A stretch of DNA of 64,000 nucleotides from a virus (taxonomy: Duplodnaviria; Caudoviricetes): the IMG/VR virus record IMGVR_UViG_2517572207_000003. The stretch is one strand, 5' to 3'. Each line of letters opens with the position of its first letter. The first letter of the stretch is position 1. Both the position numbers and the translations under genes were made by a program. Under the pieces are notes generated by a model, which saw only the letters and a program-made list of their open reading frames with translations, ran no database searches and was not told where the DNA came from. Shown here piece after piece: positions 38,747 to 49,244 of this stretch.

Positions 38747-40129
38747 CTACTCTTCAGCGGTGTCAGATTCATCCTTTTCTGTTTTGTCCTTATCATTCAG
38801 CGGATCATCTTCAGGAAGATTGCTTAACAGTTTGTCTTTCTCTCCTTGTAATTCTTCCTGAGTTTTATTTAAATCGATAGCTGCGGTATTACCTGGTTGT
38901 AATAATACTTCGCCATGTTTATTAGGCAATGCTTTACGCGCCAGACCATCACGTACTTCATCTGGTGTTACAGTTCTTCTGTCAAGGTAAATTGCATCAA
39001 TATCGGCTTTTAATTTCTGGTCCTTCAACGAAGTAGCATAGTGGAACTTAAACTCAATTACCCCACCCATCTTGAAGATCCCGTCAATAATGTGATTGTT
39101 GATATGCTCCACAATGTTTTCAGCAATAGACTGGATAGATTCATTCGTGTCATCGTCTTCACTGTCTGCGGTGCTTCGGTTCACATCTTTCGTTTGGCCC
39201 AGCTTTTTTGGTGAGATATCAAAAGCGATAGCCACGATCTCGATCAAGAACCGTTGCCAATCAAGAAACAGCGCCTTATCGTCCGTAGCTCCCAAATCAA
39301 GCACACTTGGGTTCTCTCCTCCGATAATTGGGTTCATTCCCCGTCCCAACACTTCGTTCTCCCAATACGCTCGAAAAGCAGCCACCGCCTTGCTATCAGC
39401 ACTCTTACCAAGATTAATCAGCTTCCTAATCACAGTATTTGAAGCCTGTTTCCCAGCAGATCGATGCGCTGATATAAAGCTTTCAACTGATTCCCAAACC
39501 GTTTCTAGCGGTGAAAGTCCGAATGGTGTGTTAGTTCTCGGATTCATTCGTATATACATTAGGTCAGAAGACTTTAAATGAACATATTGCCCGTGAACTC
39601 GTTGTGCATAGCGATAAGAATTCTCTTTTCCATCCCAATCGGGATACAAGTCAACAGAGAAAGAATCTACAGGGTACATCCTAAATGGCCTGAGAGGGTC
39701 ACCAGCTTTTAATACTTCCGATGAACCCGCGCTACATACAAGCATATCTTCAACAATTTGCTCAATCCATGAACGGAACGAGTCACCAGGATTCGGCTTC
39801 AGTAATGATCGTTCGATAATCTTACATATTTCCCGGTACTTCTCAGTATCATTTTCGTCAATAGCAGATACGGACCAGTTCAGTTTTGTGATTCCGTTCT
39901 TGATGACGTTAATTGCTCTACGCGGAATCGGGGATTCTGATAACGTTCGTAAGTTTGTCGGCGTTCGCTTTGGAGCTGGCTGGTTACTTCCCTTACTCAT
40001 CATGATACCAAACGGGAATGGGTAACTTTCCGTCTGTCGTTCAGGTTCATTCTTCGGCCTTCCCGCCGCTAGCCAGTTAATTATCCACTGTCGTACACCC
40101 AAATCTGTACCTCCCTTCTGACGCAACAA
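38747..40129 (-). CDS. Portal protein
   Basis: LLKPNP, FGLSPLE, IAFDISPKKLG, TPDEVR. Confidence 0.92.
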   Translation of the reverse strand: MLRQKGGTDLGVRQWIINWLAAGRPKNEPERQTESYPFPFGIMMSKGSNQPAPKRTPTNLRTLSESPIPRRAINVIKNGITKLNWSVSAIDENDTEKYREICKIIERSLLKPNPGDSFRSWIEQIVEDMLVCSAGSSEVLKAGDPLRPFRMYPVDSFSVDLYPDWDGKENSYRYAQRVHGQYVHLKSSDLMYIRMNPRTNTPFGLSPLETVWESVESFISAHRSAGKQASNTVIRKLINLGKSADSKAVAAFRAYWENEVLGRGMNPIIGGENPSVLDLGATDDKALFLDWQRFLIEIVAIAFDISPKKLGQTKDVNRSTADSEDDDTNESIQSIAENIVEHINNHIIDGIFKMGGVIEFKFHYATSLKDQKLKADIDAIYLDRRTVTPDEVRDGLARKALPNKHGEVLLQPGNTAAIDLNKTQEELQGEKDKLLSNLPEDDPLNDKDKTEKDESDTAEE

Positions 40130-40271
40130 AAAAGGAGGTCAGGAAATTTTTCCTGCCTCCGTATTCGTTCATATTTCTATGTCTAAATAATATCATTGAG
40201 TTGATTCGTTATCACTACGGATTTCAATCAAAATAATATATAATATAAAGTACTGAAAATATATACATGAG

Positions 40272-41090
40272 GTGATGATAATGCAAAATAAAAACATAAA
40301 AAGACTTACTCCAACGCCCGAAACAATTAGGAAGTTGTATCTTCTATCTGGTAATGAGTGCGCTTTTCCAAAGTGTAATGCGAGAATGATTGATGGTAAT
40401 GGAAATTTCATTGGTCAAGTATGTCACATTGAAGCTGCTATGCCTGGAGGAGAAAGATTTAATCCAAAGCAAACAAATGAAGATAGAAGAGAGTTTAGCA
40501 ATCTTATGTTAATGTGCTACGAACATCACATAGTCACGAATGATGTTTCTAACTATACTGTGAAAAAATTAAAAAATATTAAAAAGAATCATGAGGAAAA
40601 GTACTTGTCTGCTGTTAATAATATATTAAATTCAGTTACTGACAAGACCAAATCAAACAAATTTACATACGCTAATTCTTGCACAAAGCTAGTAAATGCT
40701 TGGGGCTGGAACCTCAGTGTTGAAGAACAAAAAGCACTTGTAGATGATTTGAACGAAACCTTGAATAATAGTCTTAATAAATTACCCCAAGAAACAAGGG
40801 AATTGCTGGTGGTAATGATAGAGCGATGCAGAGAACAAAAGGTTTATTTACACGAAATATCCAAGGTTACTGGTATAAGCCTCAGCAAGATGAAAGAAGA
40901 TATCGATTTACTTATTAGATATAAGATTATTGACGAACCAGAAAGTGACGAATACAGCAATTATTACATTACATTCAAACTCATCAAAAAGGAATGGGAA
41001 TTTTGGGATGATTTAAATGATACATGTAATAATTGCAATATTTCTTTGGAAGAATTGATTATTGGGCTTGATTTTAGTTTACTTGATTAG
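40272..41090 (+). CDS. HNH-type nuclease domain protein (moron, candidate defence gene)
   Basis: SGNECAFPKC..VCHIEA..GERF..NLMLMCYEHH; AT-rich; antisense between terL and portal. Confidence 0.75.
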   Translation: MMIMQNKNIKRLTPTPETIRKLYLLSGNECAFPKCNARMIDGNGNFIGQVCHIEAAMPGGERFNPKQTNEDRREFSNLMLMCYEHHIVTNDVSNYTVKKLKNIKKNHEEKYLSAVNNILNSVTDKTKSNKFTYANSCTKLVNAWGWNLSVEEQKALVDDLNETLNNSLNKLPQETRELLVVMIERCREQKVYLHEISKVTGISLSKMKEDIDLLIRYKIIDEPESDEYSNYYITFKLIKKEWEFWDDLNDTCNNCNISLEELIIGLDFSLLD

Positions 41091-41105
41091 CCTTTCTTAC
41101 GCTTG

Positions 41106-42536
41106 TCAACCAAATGAAAATACATTTTTGAATTTAATATTTGCAAAAGATAATACAAATGCGTCGGCCCTATCCGGTGAGGGTAGGCCGCGCTTTTTCA
41201 TATCCTCTTTTCGTTCTAAAAATATCTTTCCGTTGCTACCCATCCGCCATTTTCGGGAAGTGAGCTGCGTTATAAGTTTCTCGTCATCTGGCAATTGCAG
41301 TTCACCCGGCTTGCCAAGCACATAGTTGCTCATATTAGCCTCAAGCATTTCTTTGACATGTCCCCACTGTTCAGCCCCTAGATTCCCATAATGACCGTCT
41401 TCCGCTGCTGATCCATTGTTAACTGGAATGATGGTGTAGCCTAGACTTTTCTCCTCATTAATCTCATTCAATCTATCTGTTACAGCTCCACCTATTCCAC
41501 TATCATCAATTCTTATTTCTACTTCGTCCATTTCTGTACGCTCTGCCTTTACATCATCAACCAGGCGTAATACCCAGCCTGTGGTTGTCATAGTGTCCTG
41601 CTTGTGGTGGAAATGAGTCTTTACCACCTTGCCTCCCATACGTGCGTACATGGTTGTCTCATCGTCTCCAAAACGTGCAACGTCAACACCTACAAATAGC
41701 TTTGTTCCAGAAGGTTCAATTTTAACTTCATCTTTGGCAAATTCCGCAGCTTCCAGAGAGATGAATGTATCAGATTCACCACGGGGAAACTCGCCTTCTA
41801 CACGAACGCGCCATACATCGCTTCCCTCTCCATATTTCCGTTTAAGCATAGCGATGTTTTCTTTACTCGTTCTCGGACTGTCCAAACAGGATACCTTACG
41901 TGTTTTATAATCAGATCTATCCTTATTGTGCGAATCATAAAAAACACCCGACGTTTTTGTCGGGTTTCCACACATCAGTATTTTATTGAACTCACCCGAC
42001 AACGTACCTAAAATGGCTTCCATGATTGGATCAGCAACACCCGATGCCTCATCCACAACAAATAGCATGTAGTCCTCATGAAAGCCTTGCATATTTTCAG
42101 GCTTGGTTGCTGTCCGAGCTGTAGCGAACCATCGTTCCTCATAATTTTTCATGTATATTTTGGTCTTAGTCCACTTAAGGATTCGTTTCAGCACCGGACT
42201 TTTAGATTGCCATTTATTTATCTCAGCCCATAACACGTCATGTAGTTGCTGCCTTGTAGGAGCTGTACAAATTACCTTTGGATATGGGAAACACGACAAG
42301 AACCATAGAGCTGTTGCCGCTTCTAATCCTGTTTTTCCTACGCCTTGACCTGAACGTACTGAAACACGAGGATTATTAGCTAAATCCATTAGAGTGCTTG
42401 CCTGCCAATCATCAGGATAGAACTTAAGCATCTCTTGACAGAACAATGTGGGATTCTTGCGATACTCAGGAATCCTTTTCTTGAATGCTTGAAGTCTCCG
42501 TTTCGTCTCCGGTGAGTCCTTCGTCTTCATCGCCAA
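41106..42536 (-). CDS. terL: Terminase large subunit
   Basis: SGQGVGKT Walker A, VVDEASG Walker B, GVDVARFGDD nuclease, SPDRADA. Confidence 0.95.
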   Translation of the reverse strand: MAMKTKDSPETKRRLQAFKKRIPEYRKNPTLFCQEMLKFYPDDWQASTLMDLANNPRVSVRSGQGVGKTGLEAATALWFLSCFPYPKVICTAPTRQQLHDVLWAEINKWQSKSPVLKRILKWTKTKIYMKNYEERWFATARTATKPENMQGFHEDYMLFVVDEASGVADPIMEAILGTLSGEFNKILMCGNPTKTSGVFYDSHNKDRSDYKTRKVSCLDSPRTSKENIAMLKRKYGEGSDVWRVRVEGEFPRGESDTFISLEAAEFAKDEVKIEPSGTKLFVGVDVARFGDDETTMYARMGGKVVKTHFHHKQDTMTTTGWVLRLVDDVKAERTEMDEVEIRIDDSGIGGAVTDRLNEINEEKSLGYTIIPVNNGSAAEDGHYGNLGAEQWGHVKEMLEANMSNYVLGKPGELQLPDDEKLITQLTSRKWRMGSNGKIFLERKEDMKKRGLPSPDRADAFVLSFANIKFKNVFSFG

Positions 42537-43749
42537 CCACCGCCTCTACCCAATCGTCAATTAAATCGTCTTCTGAATTTCCTTCTCCAGTGACCTTTGC
42601 CCTTTCAAGCTCAAGTTTCTCACGTTGCATCTTAAGTTTCTCGTCTTCAACCATCCGTTTATGTTTGTCTGGAAGCAGATCCATGTATTTAGTTAGCACG
42701 TCCAATGCCTTGGTTTTGTCGTGTAGCTTTACGCTCACTCCATCCTTACCCTGCTTGACTTCTGAAACCAGAGTTCCATCAATTTCATCGCTGTTTTTAA
42801 AAGAGACATAATTGTATCTGTACTTCTTCGTTTCTCCAGTGTCAGGATCAAACACAGGATCTCCTTCTAAGCCAAGAACATCTTCTTCCTTTTGACCGAA
42901 TTCTACGTAATCCGTAATGTCTGCGAAAGCAATCTTCATGTACTCCATTAGAACTCGCTGAGCATTTAAACCCACCTCGTCGATCATTGTTTCCTTGTGC
43001 TGCCGAATAATGTTTTGGATTTCAACTTTCTTCAACAGAGCGAAACCAATCTGATAGGCAGTTTTCTTACTGTATCCCGCCGCAATCGCTGACCTGGTAG
43101 CGTTGAAGTCTCGAAGGTATTCATAAGTGAATATCCTTTGCTTAGGCGTTAATCCATCCTCATCGGGAATTTCCGGTTCAGGTTCTTCAACAACCGTTGG
43201 AGCACTCTGTACTTTTTTGGAACGTTCCATATTACCGGAGCGTTCCGGTACTTTTTTCGGAGCGCTCCGTATTTTTGGAGTTTCCCCCAGCTCTTTTGAT
43301 AGTGCATCAACAGTAAGCAGAGTAGCATATACTTCCCTCGGCTTATCACCTTGATATGTACCAATGAATTTGCGCCGCTCCATTTCATCAATCAGTCGGG
43401 CCGCTCTGCTATAACCTATCCTCATTCTTCTCTGTAATAAAGAAACCGAGGCTTGTTTGGCCTCGGCTACAATTTGGACAGCTTTTAGAAAAAGATCGTC
43501 TGGATATGATGTTGTATCTTCATCTTTCTTTGCAGGTTCATTTTTTTTATCAGTTTCATCTTCATCGGAACGTTCCGTATGTTTCGCTTCTCCAATCAAA
43601 CTCTCCCACTTATCTTTAGCCTTCCATCCTCTTACCGTACCTTCAGATACACTAAGCTGAGATGCTATATCTGTGAGACGTATGTTGCCGGAACTGGCTT
43701 TGTATAAATCAAATGCTTCGTCCCGTTTAGGATCTCTCTTTCGTCCCAT
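42466..43749 (-). CDS. terS: Terminase small subunit with N-terminal HTH and an inserted FtsK-gamma domain
   Basis: TVRGWKAKDKW HTH; ASVSLLQRRMRIGYSRAARLIDEME gamma; LTPKQRIF..DFNATRSAIAAGYSKKTA TerS core. Confidence 0.9.
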   Translation of the reverse strand: MGRKRDPKRDEAFDLYKASSGNIRLTDIASQLSVSEGTVRGWKAKDKWESLIGEAKHTERSDEDETDKKNEPAKKDEDTTSYPDDLFLKAVQIVAEAKQASVSLLQRRMRIGYSRAARLIDEMERRKFIGTYQGDKPREVYATLLTVDALSKELGETPKIRSAPKKVPERSGNMERSKKVQSAPTVVEEPEPEIPDEDGLTPKQRIFTYEYLRDFNATRSAIAAGYSKKTAYQIGFALLKKVEIQNIIRQHKETMIDEVGLNAQRVLMEYMKIAFADITDYVEFGQKEEDVLGLEGDPVFDPDTGETKKYRYNYVSFKNSDEIDGTLVSEVKQGKDGVSVKLHDKTKALDVLTKYMDLLPDKHKRMVEDEKLKMQREKLELERAKVTGEGNSEDDLIDDWVEAVVGDEDEGLTGDETETSSIQEKDS

Positions 43750-44004
43750 ATCTTATTATTCACCCCTTTTGATAATGTATCTGAAGCTAAGGAAAAGTTT
43801 CCTGAACAAATAAAAAAGCACCTATTAAGGTGCTAGGTGCTAAATCTAGCTTTATCGCATCATTGAAATCACGTAAAAATAATTTTTTATATCGACATTT
43901 CTTTACATATTTCCCGAGTTTTTTAATTTTGATAGTTGTATAATCCTCTTAATGGTAGCTGGAAACTATCCGGCTATCAAAAAAGTGAGAGGAGATTTTT
44001 AAGA

Positions 44005-44508
44005 ATGAAAAAGTTGGTTTCTATTTTGCTCACATTTGCCCTTTTGTTATCCGTGTCCGTAACAGCATTTGCAGAAGAAGCAACACCTACTAACCAGCAA
44101 GATGCAAAATACTCCATCAGTGTTGGTGATTCCGACATCGAATTGGCTAAAGGAGAAACTGTTGAAATACCTCTTACATTAATCCCTAAAGAAGGAACGG
44201 TTCATCCCAATGTTGATTTCCCTGGCACTGGGGGAATCCTTTCCTTAACTGCTGGGGCCAATTATGTCTTTTACAGAATAACTCCGTCGGTTCCAATAGA
44301 TAATTTCACTGGAATAATGAGTATCACAGATTTGACTTCTGGATTAAGTAATGGGAATGCAATTGTATCTGGATTAGCAGGTCAAGTTGCTTATTCTGGT
44401 TATAGGAATCATACGTACCGCGCTTCTTTGGACGGTACAGGCACTTTACTTGGAATCCCTTATATTAATACTAACCCAAATGGGATTACTTGGACACATA
44501 ATTGGTAA
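44005..44508 (+). CDS. Secreted hypothetical protein (moron)
   Basis: MKKLV signal peptide ending AFA. Confidence 0.7.
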   Translation: MKKLVSILLTFALLLSVSVTAFAEEATPTNQQDAKYSISVGDSDIELAKGETVEIPLTLIPKEGTVHPNVDFPGTGGILSLTAGANYVFYRITPSVPIDNFTGIMSITDLTSGLSNGNAIVSGLAGQVAYSGYRNHTYRASLDGTGTLLGIPYINTNPNGITWTHNW

Positions 44509-44564
44509 TATTAGTTGAATTATATAAAGAAGCTTACAGTCATTGACTATAAGCTTCTTTTCTA

Positions 44565-45017
44565 TTATAGAGTTGGTTTAAACAAATAGTGTAAGAAAAG
44601 ACTTGTAACAGTTAAACTATATTTTTTGTCTATTGAGATCGACTTTGGGTCTTTCATAAATTGCTGTACATCATTCGTGTCTAACTTGGCATACAGTGCT
44701 ATGGTTTCATATGAAATACCCCAATGCTGATTCAAAATATCAATAACGCCCTTTACTCGCTCACTTTCGTCTATCATTTGGATTCCATTAGCGAGCATAA
44801 AAAGCAAACTATCGAAATTCAGTTTAGAATGCGAATTACCTAATTCAGAAAAATCATTCTTGCCATTTAAATATCCCAAAATTACGTCTTCTTCAATTCC
44901 AGAAATTTTACTTAGGGTATCTGTAGTTATCTTGTAGACTTCCAAAACTCGTTTTAACAGCGCTCTAGGCCCATCTTCACCTTCGGACCCGTTGCTTGTG
45001 TCCCCATATAATTTCAT
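44565..45017 (-). CDS. Double-HTH domain protein
   Basis: ITTDTLSKISGIEEDVI and ISYETIALYAKL helix-turn-helix-like repeats. Confidence 0.6.
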   Translation of the reverse strand: MKLYGDTSNGSEGEDGPRALLKRVLEVYKITTDTLSKISGIEEDVILGYLNGKNDFSELGNSHSKLNFDSLLFMLANGIQMIDESERVKGVIDILNQHWGISYETIALYAKLDTNDVQQFMKDPKSISIDKKYSLTVTSLFLHYLFKPTL

Positions 45018-45464
45018 TAAAGAAAACCCCTTTCATATAAATTCTTCTCCGACACGATGTACGCTAACTGATATATCATCCTTTTATTCCAGTTCCATAC
45101 CTCCACTTCCAAATGAATAATTATATATATCATTATAACCAAAAGATGGGGATTTTTGTTGCATTGATTCATTTCATCTAATCATACAAATTTAGAAAAT
45201 TGTCCTGATTTAACTTAGCAAAAAGAAGGAAATAGATTCCCATCTGCCTCGTTATTATAGATTGATGAGGTTGAGGAAAAGCTTCCCGAACAAATAAAAG
45301 AGCAACGATTTCACGCTGCTCTACTGTAGTGATCAGTAATTTATAAAATGCGGTTACCGCTAATCCGCCATGCCTGGAATAGGCCTTCAATGGACATCCT
45401 TCTTGCTCCGGGTTTATATTACCCTCTGAGTCCTGTCTCCGATTTAGTTTTAGTTTTGGAAAAA

Positions 45465-45719
45465 TTACAGAAGTTGATCAGCTAGCGCTTTAAGGCCACT
45501 TGGTACAGCAATTTGTTTGCCGTCATGTTCATTGCCGTTTACATAAGCTGTGTCTTTGTCTGCATAGTAAACTACACCTTTACCGCCGATAATCGGGAAG
45601 ACGCTTTCGTCGTAATCCAGATTTGTACCCACATACTTGCCATGCTTAGCTGCTTCACTTTCCGATGGATGGAGATGAAGAATTTTTGTGTTGTCCAAGT
45701 AAGCGTAACTATGTGCCAT
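45465..45719 (-). CDS. Hypothetical protein
   Basis: 84-aa ORF with RBS AGGAGG. Confidence 0.65.
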   Translation of the reverse strand: MAHSYAYLDNTKILHLHPSESEAAKHGKYVGTNLDYDESVFPIIGGKGVVYYADKDTAYVNGNEHDGKQIAVPSGLKALADQLL

Positions 45720-45901
45720 GTTTATTGCCTCCTAAAATAGTTTTAATTTGTTCCTGAATAAAGTGTAAATCCTTTCTACTCCGTACCTACTACGGATTTG
45801 CTAGTTCCTACTATCAGCAGAAAATAAAGTGGTAGACTGAGCCTAGAAATTGAAAACAGCGACAACCAAGGACGAAAAAAAGTCCTAGACTGTCGCTGTT
45901 C

Positions 45902-45930
45902 CATTGAACTAACGTTCCCCGTTAGCTTAA
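45902..45930. repeat. Palindromic cassette-boundary site overlapping the NUDIX stop codon
   Basis: CATTGAACTAACGTTCCCCGTTAGCTTAA; adjacent hairpin at 45855-45900. Confidence 0.8.
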
Positions 45931-46391
45931 ACCATATTCTCCAGATACTTGTTGAATAAGGCTAATGAGTATTGCTTTTGAGAGATCAAATTTTCTGTAA
46001 TCTGTTTAATTACTTCTTTATCGCGTAGCTCAAGTGAATCTGGAATCAACAGATCCGTAGGTGCTATCCATTTCGAATCAATGATCTCCGTTGTATCTAA
46101 CTGAAGAGAACCACCGATGATTTCACCAATAAAATGAAATAAAATAACCTGGTGATTTGTACTACTAATGAAGTTATAAATACCTGTAGTGGCTGTAAGT
46201 TTAACGTCGTAGCCGGTTTCTTCTTTTGCTTCTCTACGTGCCGCCTCTAGAATATCTTCATCATATTCGATTCTCCCTGACGGGAAGTTCCATGTATTCT
46301 TAACAGATGCTTTGTTTTCTTTGATCATAAGCAGCTTATCTTCATGTATTATCGAAACACTCACAACCAATACAATCCCGTTTTGAGTCAC
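45927..46391 (-). CDS. NUDIX hydrolase
   Basis: Nudix box GRIEYDEDILEAARREAKEETG; SOS-like box AGAACATATGTTCC at 46435-46448. Confidence 0.93.
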   Translation of the reverse strand: MTQNGIVLVVSVSIIHEDKLLMIKENKASVKNTWNFPSGRIEYDEDILEAARREAKEETGYDVKLTATTGIYNFISSTNHQVILFHFIGEIIGGSLQLDTTEIIDSKWIAPTDLLIPDSLELRDKEVIKQITENLISQKQYSLALFNKYLENMV

Positions 46392-46478
46392 GCTAAAAAA
46401 CCTCCATAGTTAGAAAATTAACGTCACTATTATTAGAACATATGTTCCGATTTTTGTAAATGACTGGATCACCGCTCA

Positions 46479-46506
46479 TTATACTAACCTGCCCGTTAGC
46501 TTTATG
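46479..46506. repeat. Palindromic cassette-boundary site
   Basis: TTATACTAACCTGCCCGTTAGCTTTATG. Confidence 0.75.
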
Positions 46507-46592
46507 AAGCATCGTCAAGACTATTACTTTATTTTCAGTCTAGAACTTTAGACACCTAAAATTAAGACCGCAAAGGCTTAAGCCCTTACGGT

Positions 46593-47225
46593 CTAATTTA
46601 CTTCTGGCATCCTCAGTCCAATTTCACCTTCCTTGTTTCGTCCCCGACCATAGTCGATGGTGACAAAATCCAATGTACGGTTTGTCTTTAGGCTGTTTGC
46701 TATATTAACAATAACCCTACGTCGTTTATCTGCAAATGTAGTCGCTGAGATAGGAGGAATGTCCTTGCGATAACCTTTTTCCAAATATTGTTGAGCTTTG
46801 AGATATTTCATACCATCCATAAATAACAGCTTTGCTATCAATCCCTCGTGCTTATCACGCATATTGTTTATTGCAAACTTAATGTTATTCGTAAGAAATT
46901 GATAGAATTTGTAATTCACATGGCGCTGGTCTTTGAGCAGAACGGCGTTAGCTGTCACATCTGCTGTCAGTTCTTGTCCAGAAACTCGCTTGGCAACCGA
47001 GCCTTCCGCAGAAAGTAGATCATATGCAGCCATTCCGTTTTCAATCTGCTGAAGAGCAAACTCATAGTTCTTGATCACGTCTACCATATCGGTATACTTA
47101 CCAAGTAGCCATTTTGTTTTACGGATATCTTCTTGTTCTAACTCATCAAAAAAGTTAATTTGAATAATTTTTATATTATCTTCCGTTTCTTCTTTTAACA
47201 ACAATATAGAGTTGGTTGAAGTCAT
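46593..47225 (-). CDS. Putative late transcriptional activator (ArpU/RinA-like)
   Basis: Last early gene before packaging; sigma-4-like C-terminus ISATTFADKRRRVIVNIA. Confidence 0.55.
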   Translation of the reverse strand: MTSTNSILLLKEETEDNIKIIQINFFDELEQEDIRKTKWLLGKYTDMVDVIKNYEFALQQIENGMAAYDLLSAEGSVAKRVSGQELTADVTANAVLLKDQRHVNYKFYQFLTNNIKFAINNMRDKHEGLIAKLLFMDGMKYLKAQQYLEKGYRKDIPPISATTFADKRRRVIVNIANSLKTNRTLDFVTIDYGRGRNKEGEIGLRMPEVN

Positions 47226-47340
47226 AAATACACCCCTTATTAATATTAATTGTTAATATATGTCGGAAAATTAGACATCATTTAAACTGTGTAATATTGT
47301 AGGGAGGAATAAAAAAATATAAACACAGGGAGCGATCAGT

Positions 47341-48018
47341 TTGTCTTCAAATCCAGCTATTGAATTTATTAAAAACGCACACGTATTAGAACACTATTTC
47401 AAGAAAAATCTATCGATCTCAAGGGTAATGATCAGAACTGAATCTCTCATTTTTCTTTTAGCATCAGTAATCTCAGTTCTGGTAACAGCAATATGTTCCT
47501 ATTTTACAGACAGCAAAATTTCATTCATGTTTGTTTTATTATTTGGTGGTTTAACTATTTTCCTTGTAAATCGATCAGTTCGAAGCTCTCATAAATTTGT
47601 CTTTGAAAAATATCCCCGTTTTAGAGCAATTATTAATAATCGAATATTTGTTTTCAACTATGACACAAATTTTTTGTTTGCCTTTAGATGTGACAAAATA
47701 AAAAGAAAAGTTCGCAATTTAGGATTTCAATCTGCTCAGATTGACCTACTGATCGAATATTACACAAGTAAAAGCGCAGCTATTAAAATTAATCGTTGGT
47801 GGCCAATACCTCTTATTGGTCTGATACTTTTCCCTTTATGGAGTGAGTATGTTGGAAATGGAATTAGCTCGACTCCTTTCTCGGTTTTGCTTATTCTAGC
47901 AATAATTTTGATATTTTTAACTTTATATATTAACTTTACATTAAAGACTTTCTTACTTTTGAAAGCCAACAGGTACGATGAACTTGTAAATATATTAAAA
48001 ACTATAAAAACACTGTAG
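47341..48018 (+). CDS. 4-TM membrane protein (moron)
   Basis: AT-rich, antisense, two TM hairpins. Confidence 0.65.
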   Translation: MSSNPAIEFIKNAHVLEHYFKKNLSISRVMIRTESLIFLLASVISVLVTAICSYFTDSKISFMFVLLFGGLTIFLVNRSVRSSHKFVFEKYPRFRAIINNRIFVFNYDTNFLFAFRCDKIKRKVRNLGFQSAQIDLLIEYYTSKSAAIKINRWWPIPLIGLILFPLWSEYVGNGISSTPFSVLLILAIILIFLTLYINFTLKTFLLLKANRYDELVNILKTIKTL

Positions 48019-48344
48019 TCATTAGACTATTTTTACTCTTTACTCCCTTTTCGGAGCTTGGATTGTCGCATTAGTTAAACCTATTACTCATGCAAAACTA
48101 TACTTCATCATTAATTTCATAATGCGCCGTTTCTGGCGGCAGGTCTGTCTTGCAGTTGTAGCAAACTCTTGCCTTAACGTTGCTATCGACAATATGGGGG
48201 GCCACTATCTGCCCCTGAATTGGTTTAATCATCACAAGTGTCGATTTAAAACTTCGTCTCTCATATTGTCTACAACTTCATTTAACATATTGTTAACCTC
48301 TATTAGATCTGATAAAATTAAATTCAAAAAATTAGGAGAACAAC

Positions 48345-48545
48345 ATGGACTTTTTAACAGTACTTCTCATGTGTATTCCGCTTTATGCTGCATTCAGAGC
48401 TTTTATAATCACTCGTGATCCAGAAGCAAAAAAAAGAATCCCAAAAACGACACTAAAAGCTCTAACTTTTTTTGCTTACTTTATATTTATCGTTTTGGGA
48501 TTTTTTATAATTACAGAAGCTATAGAATACCTCTCTCAGTTATAA
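48345..48545 (+). CDS. Small 2-TM protein
   Basis: RBS AGGAG; hydrophobic. Confidence 0.6.
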   Translation: MDFLTVLLMCIPLYAAFRAFIITRDPEAKKRIPKTTLKALTFFAYFIFIVLGFFIITEAIEYLSQL

Positions 48546-48610
48546 TTGAATTGGTAGTTGCAAGTAGTTTTATAAATCTGAAGGGATTTAGAGTACGGGG
48601 GTAAAGGCTG

Positions 48611-48811
48611 CTATGCCTCAACCCTCCTCAAATATTTCGTAGCAAATCCTCCGATGTACCCTTCAAGCCGCACAACCTCCGAACCGCACAAGTCCCAAGG
48701 CTCTGATTTTACTGTCCATACCTTATCCTTGTACTTCTCCTTACGGGCCTCATAGCAACCGTGCATTACAACCTGATCGCCTTTTTGTAGCTTATATGTC
48801 CGTTCATTCAC
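48611..48811 (-). CDS. Hypothetical phage protein
   Basis: Translationally coupled to the YopX gene. Confidence 0.7.
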   Translation of the reverse strand: MNERTYKLQKGDQVVMHGCYEARKEKYKDKVWTVKSEPWDLCGSEVVRLEGYIGGFATKYLRRVEA

Positions 48812-49244
48812 CTTTACCGCCTCCTTGGGGCTGTAGCAGCTCCGGGTTATCGTGTATGTTGCCTATTACCTCAGACTCCCTCTCCAGATACTCCCAATCG
48901 TCGTAAGCAATATCTCCGCCTATCAGAAAGCTTCCATTCTCGTAACTGACTTGAGCAAAATTATATGTTGGTTCCGTATTTTCAGGTGTTTCGTAAAAAT
49001 TAGGGATTTTCAGAACATCACCATCGTAGATTTCCTCCCCATTCTTATCCGCCGAACCCGTGAACCTTAACCAGACTACATCCATTTCCCAATCCCAACC
49101 GTCTTCGTCTTGACGAGAAGTGTCTGTCAAGAATAATGCTCCTTTTGAAGCGATTTCTATTTCAAAGTTGTCATCCAACTCAGGACCGAGCATCACTTTA
49201 TCTTCTTTATCCCACCATTTGAACTTAATTTTTGTATCACTCAT
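48804..49244 (-). CDS. YopX-family protein
   Basis: IKFKWWDK, FTGSADKNGEEIYDGDV, EVIGNIHDNPELL. Confidence 0.92.
   Translation of the reverse strand: MSDTKIKFKWWDKEDKVMLGPELDDNFEIEIASKGALFLTDTSRQDEDGWDWEMDVVWLRFTGSADKNGEEIYDGDVLKIPNFYETPENTEPTYNFAQVSYENGSFLIGGDIAYDDWEYLERESEVIGNIHDNPELLQPQGGGKGE

Noticed and set aside
26665-39581. Many 60-160 aa plus-strand ORFs in the structural region
   Set aside because: Antisense shadows of long structural genes with no RBS or recognisable motifs
45330-45445. Possible structured RNA or pac region upstream of the terminase
   Set aside because: Somewhat GC-rich with short stems, but no convincing fold or second copy to support a call
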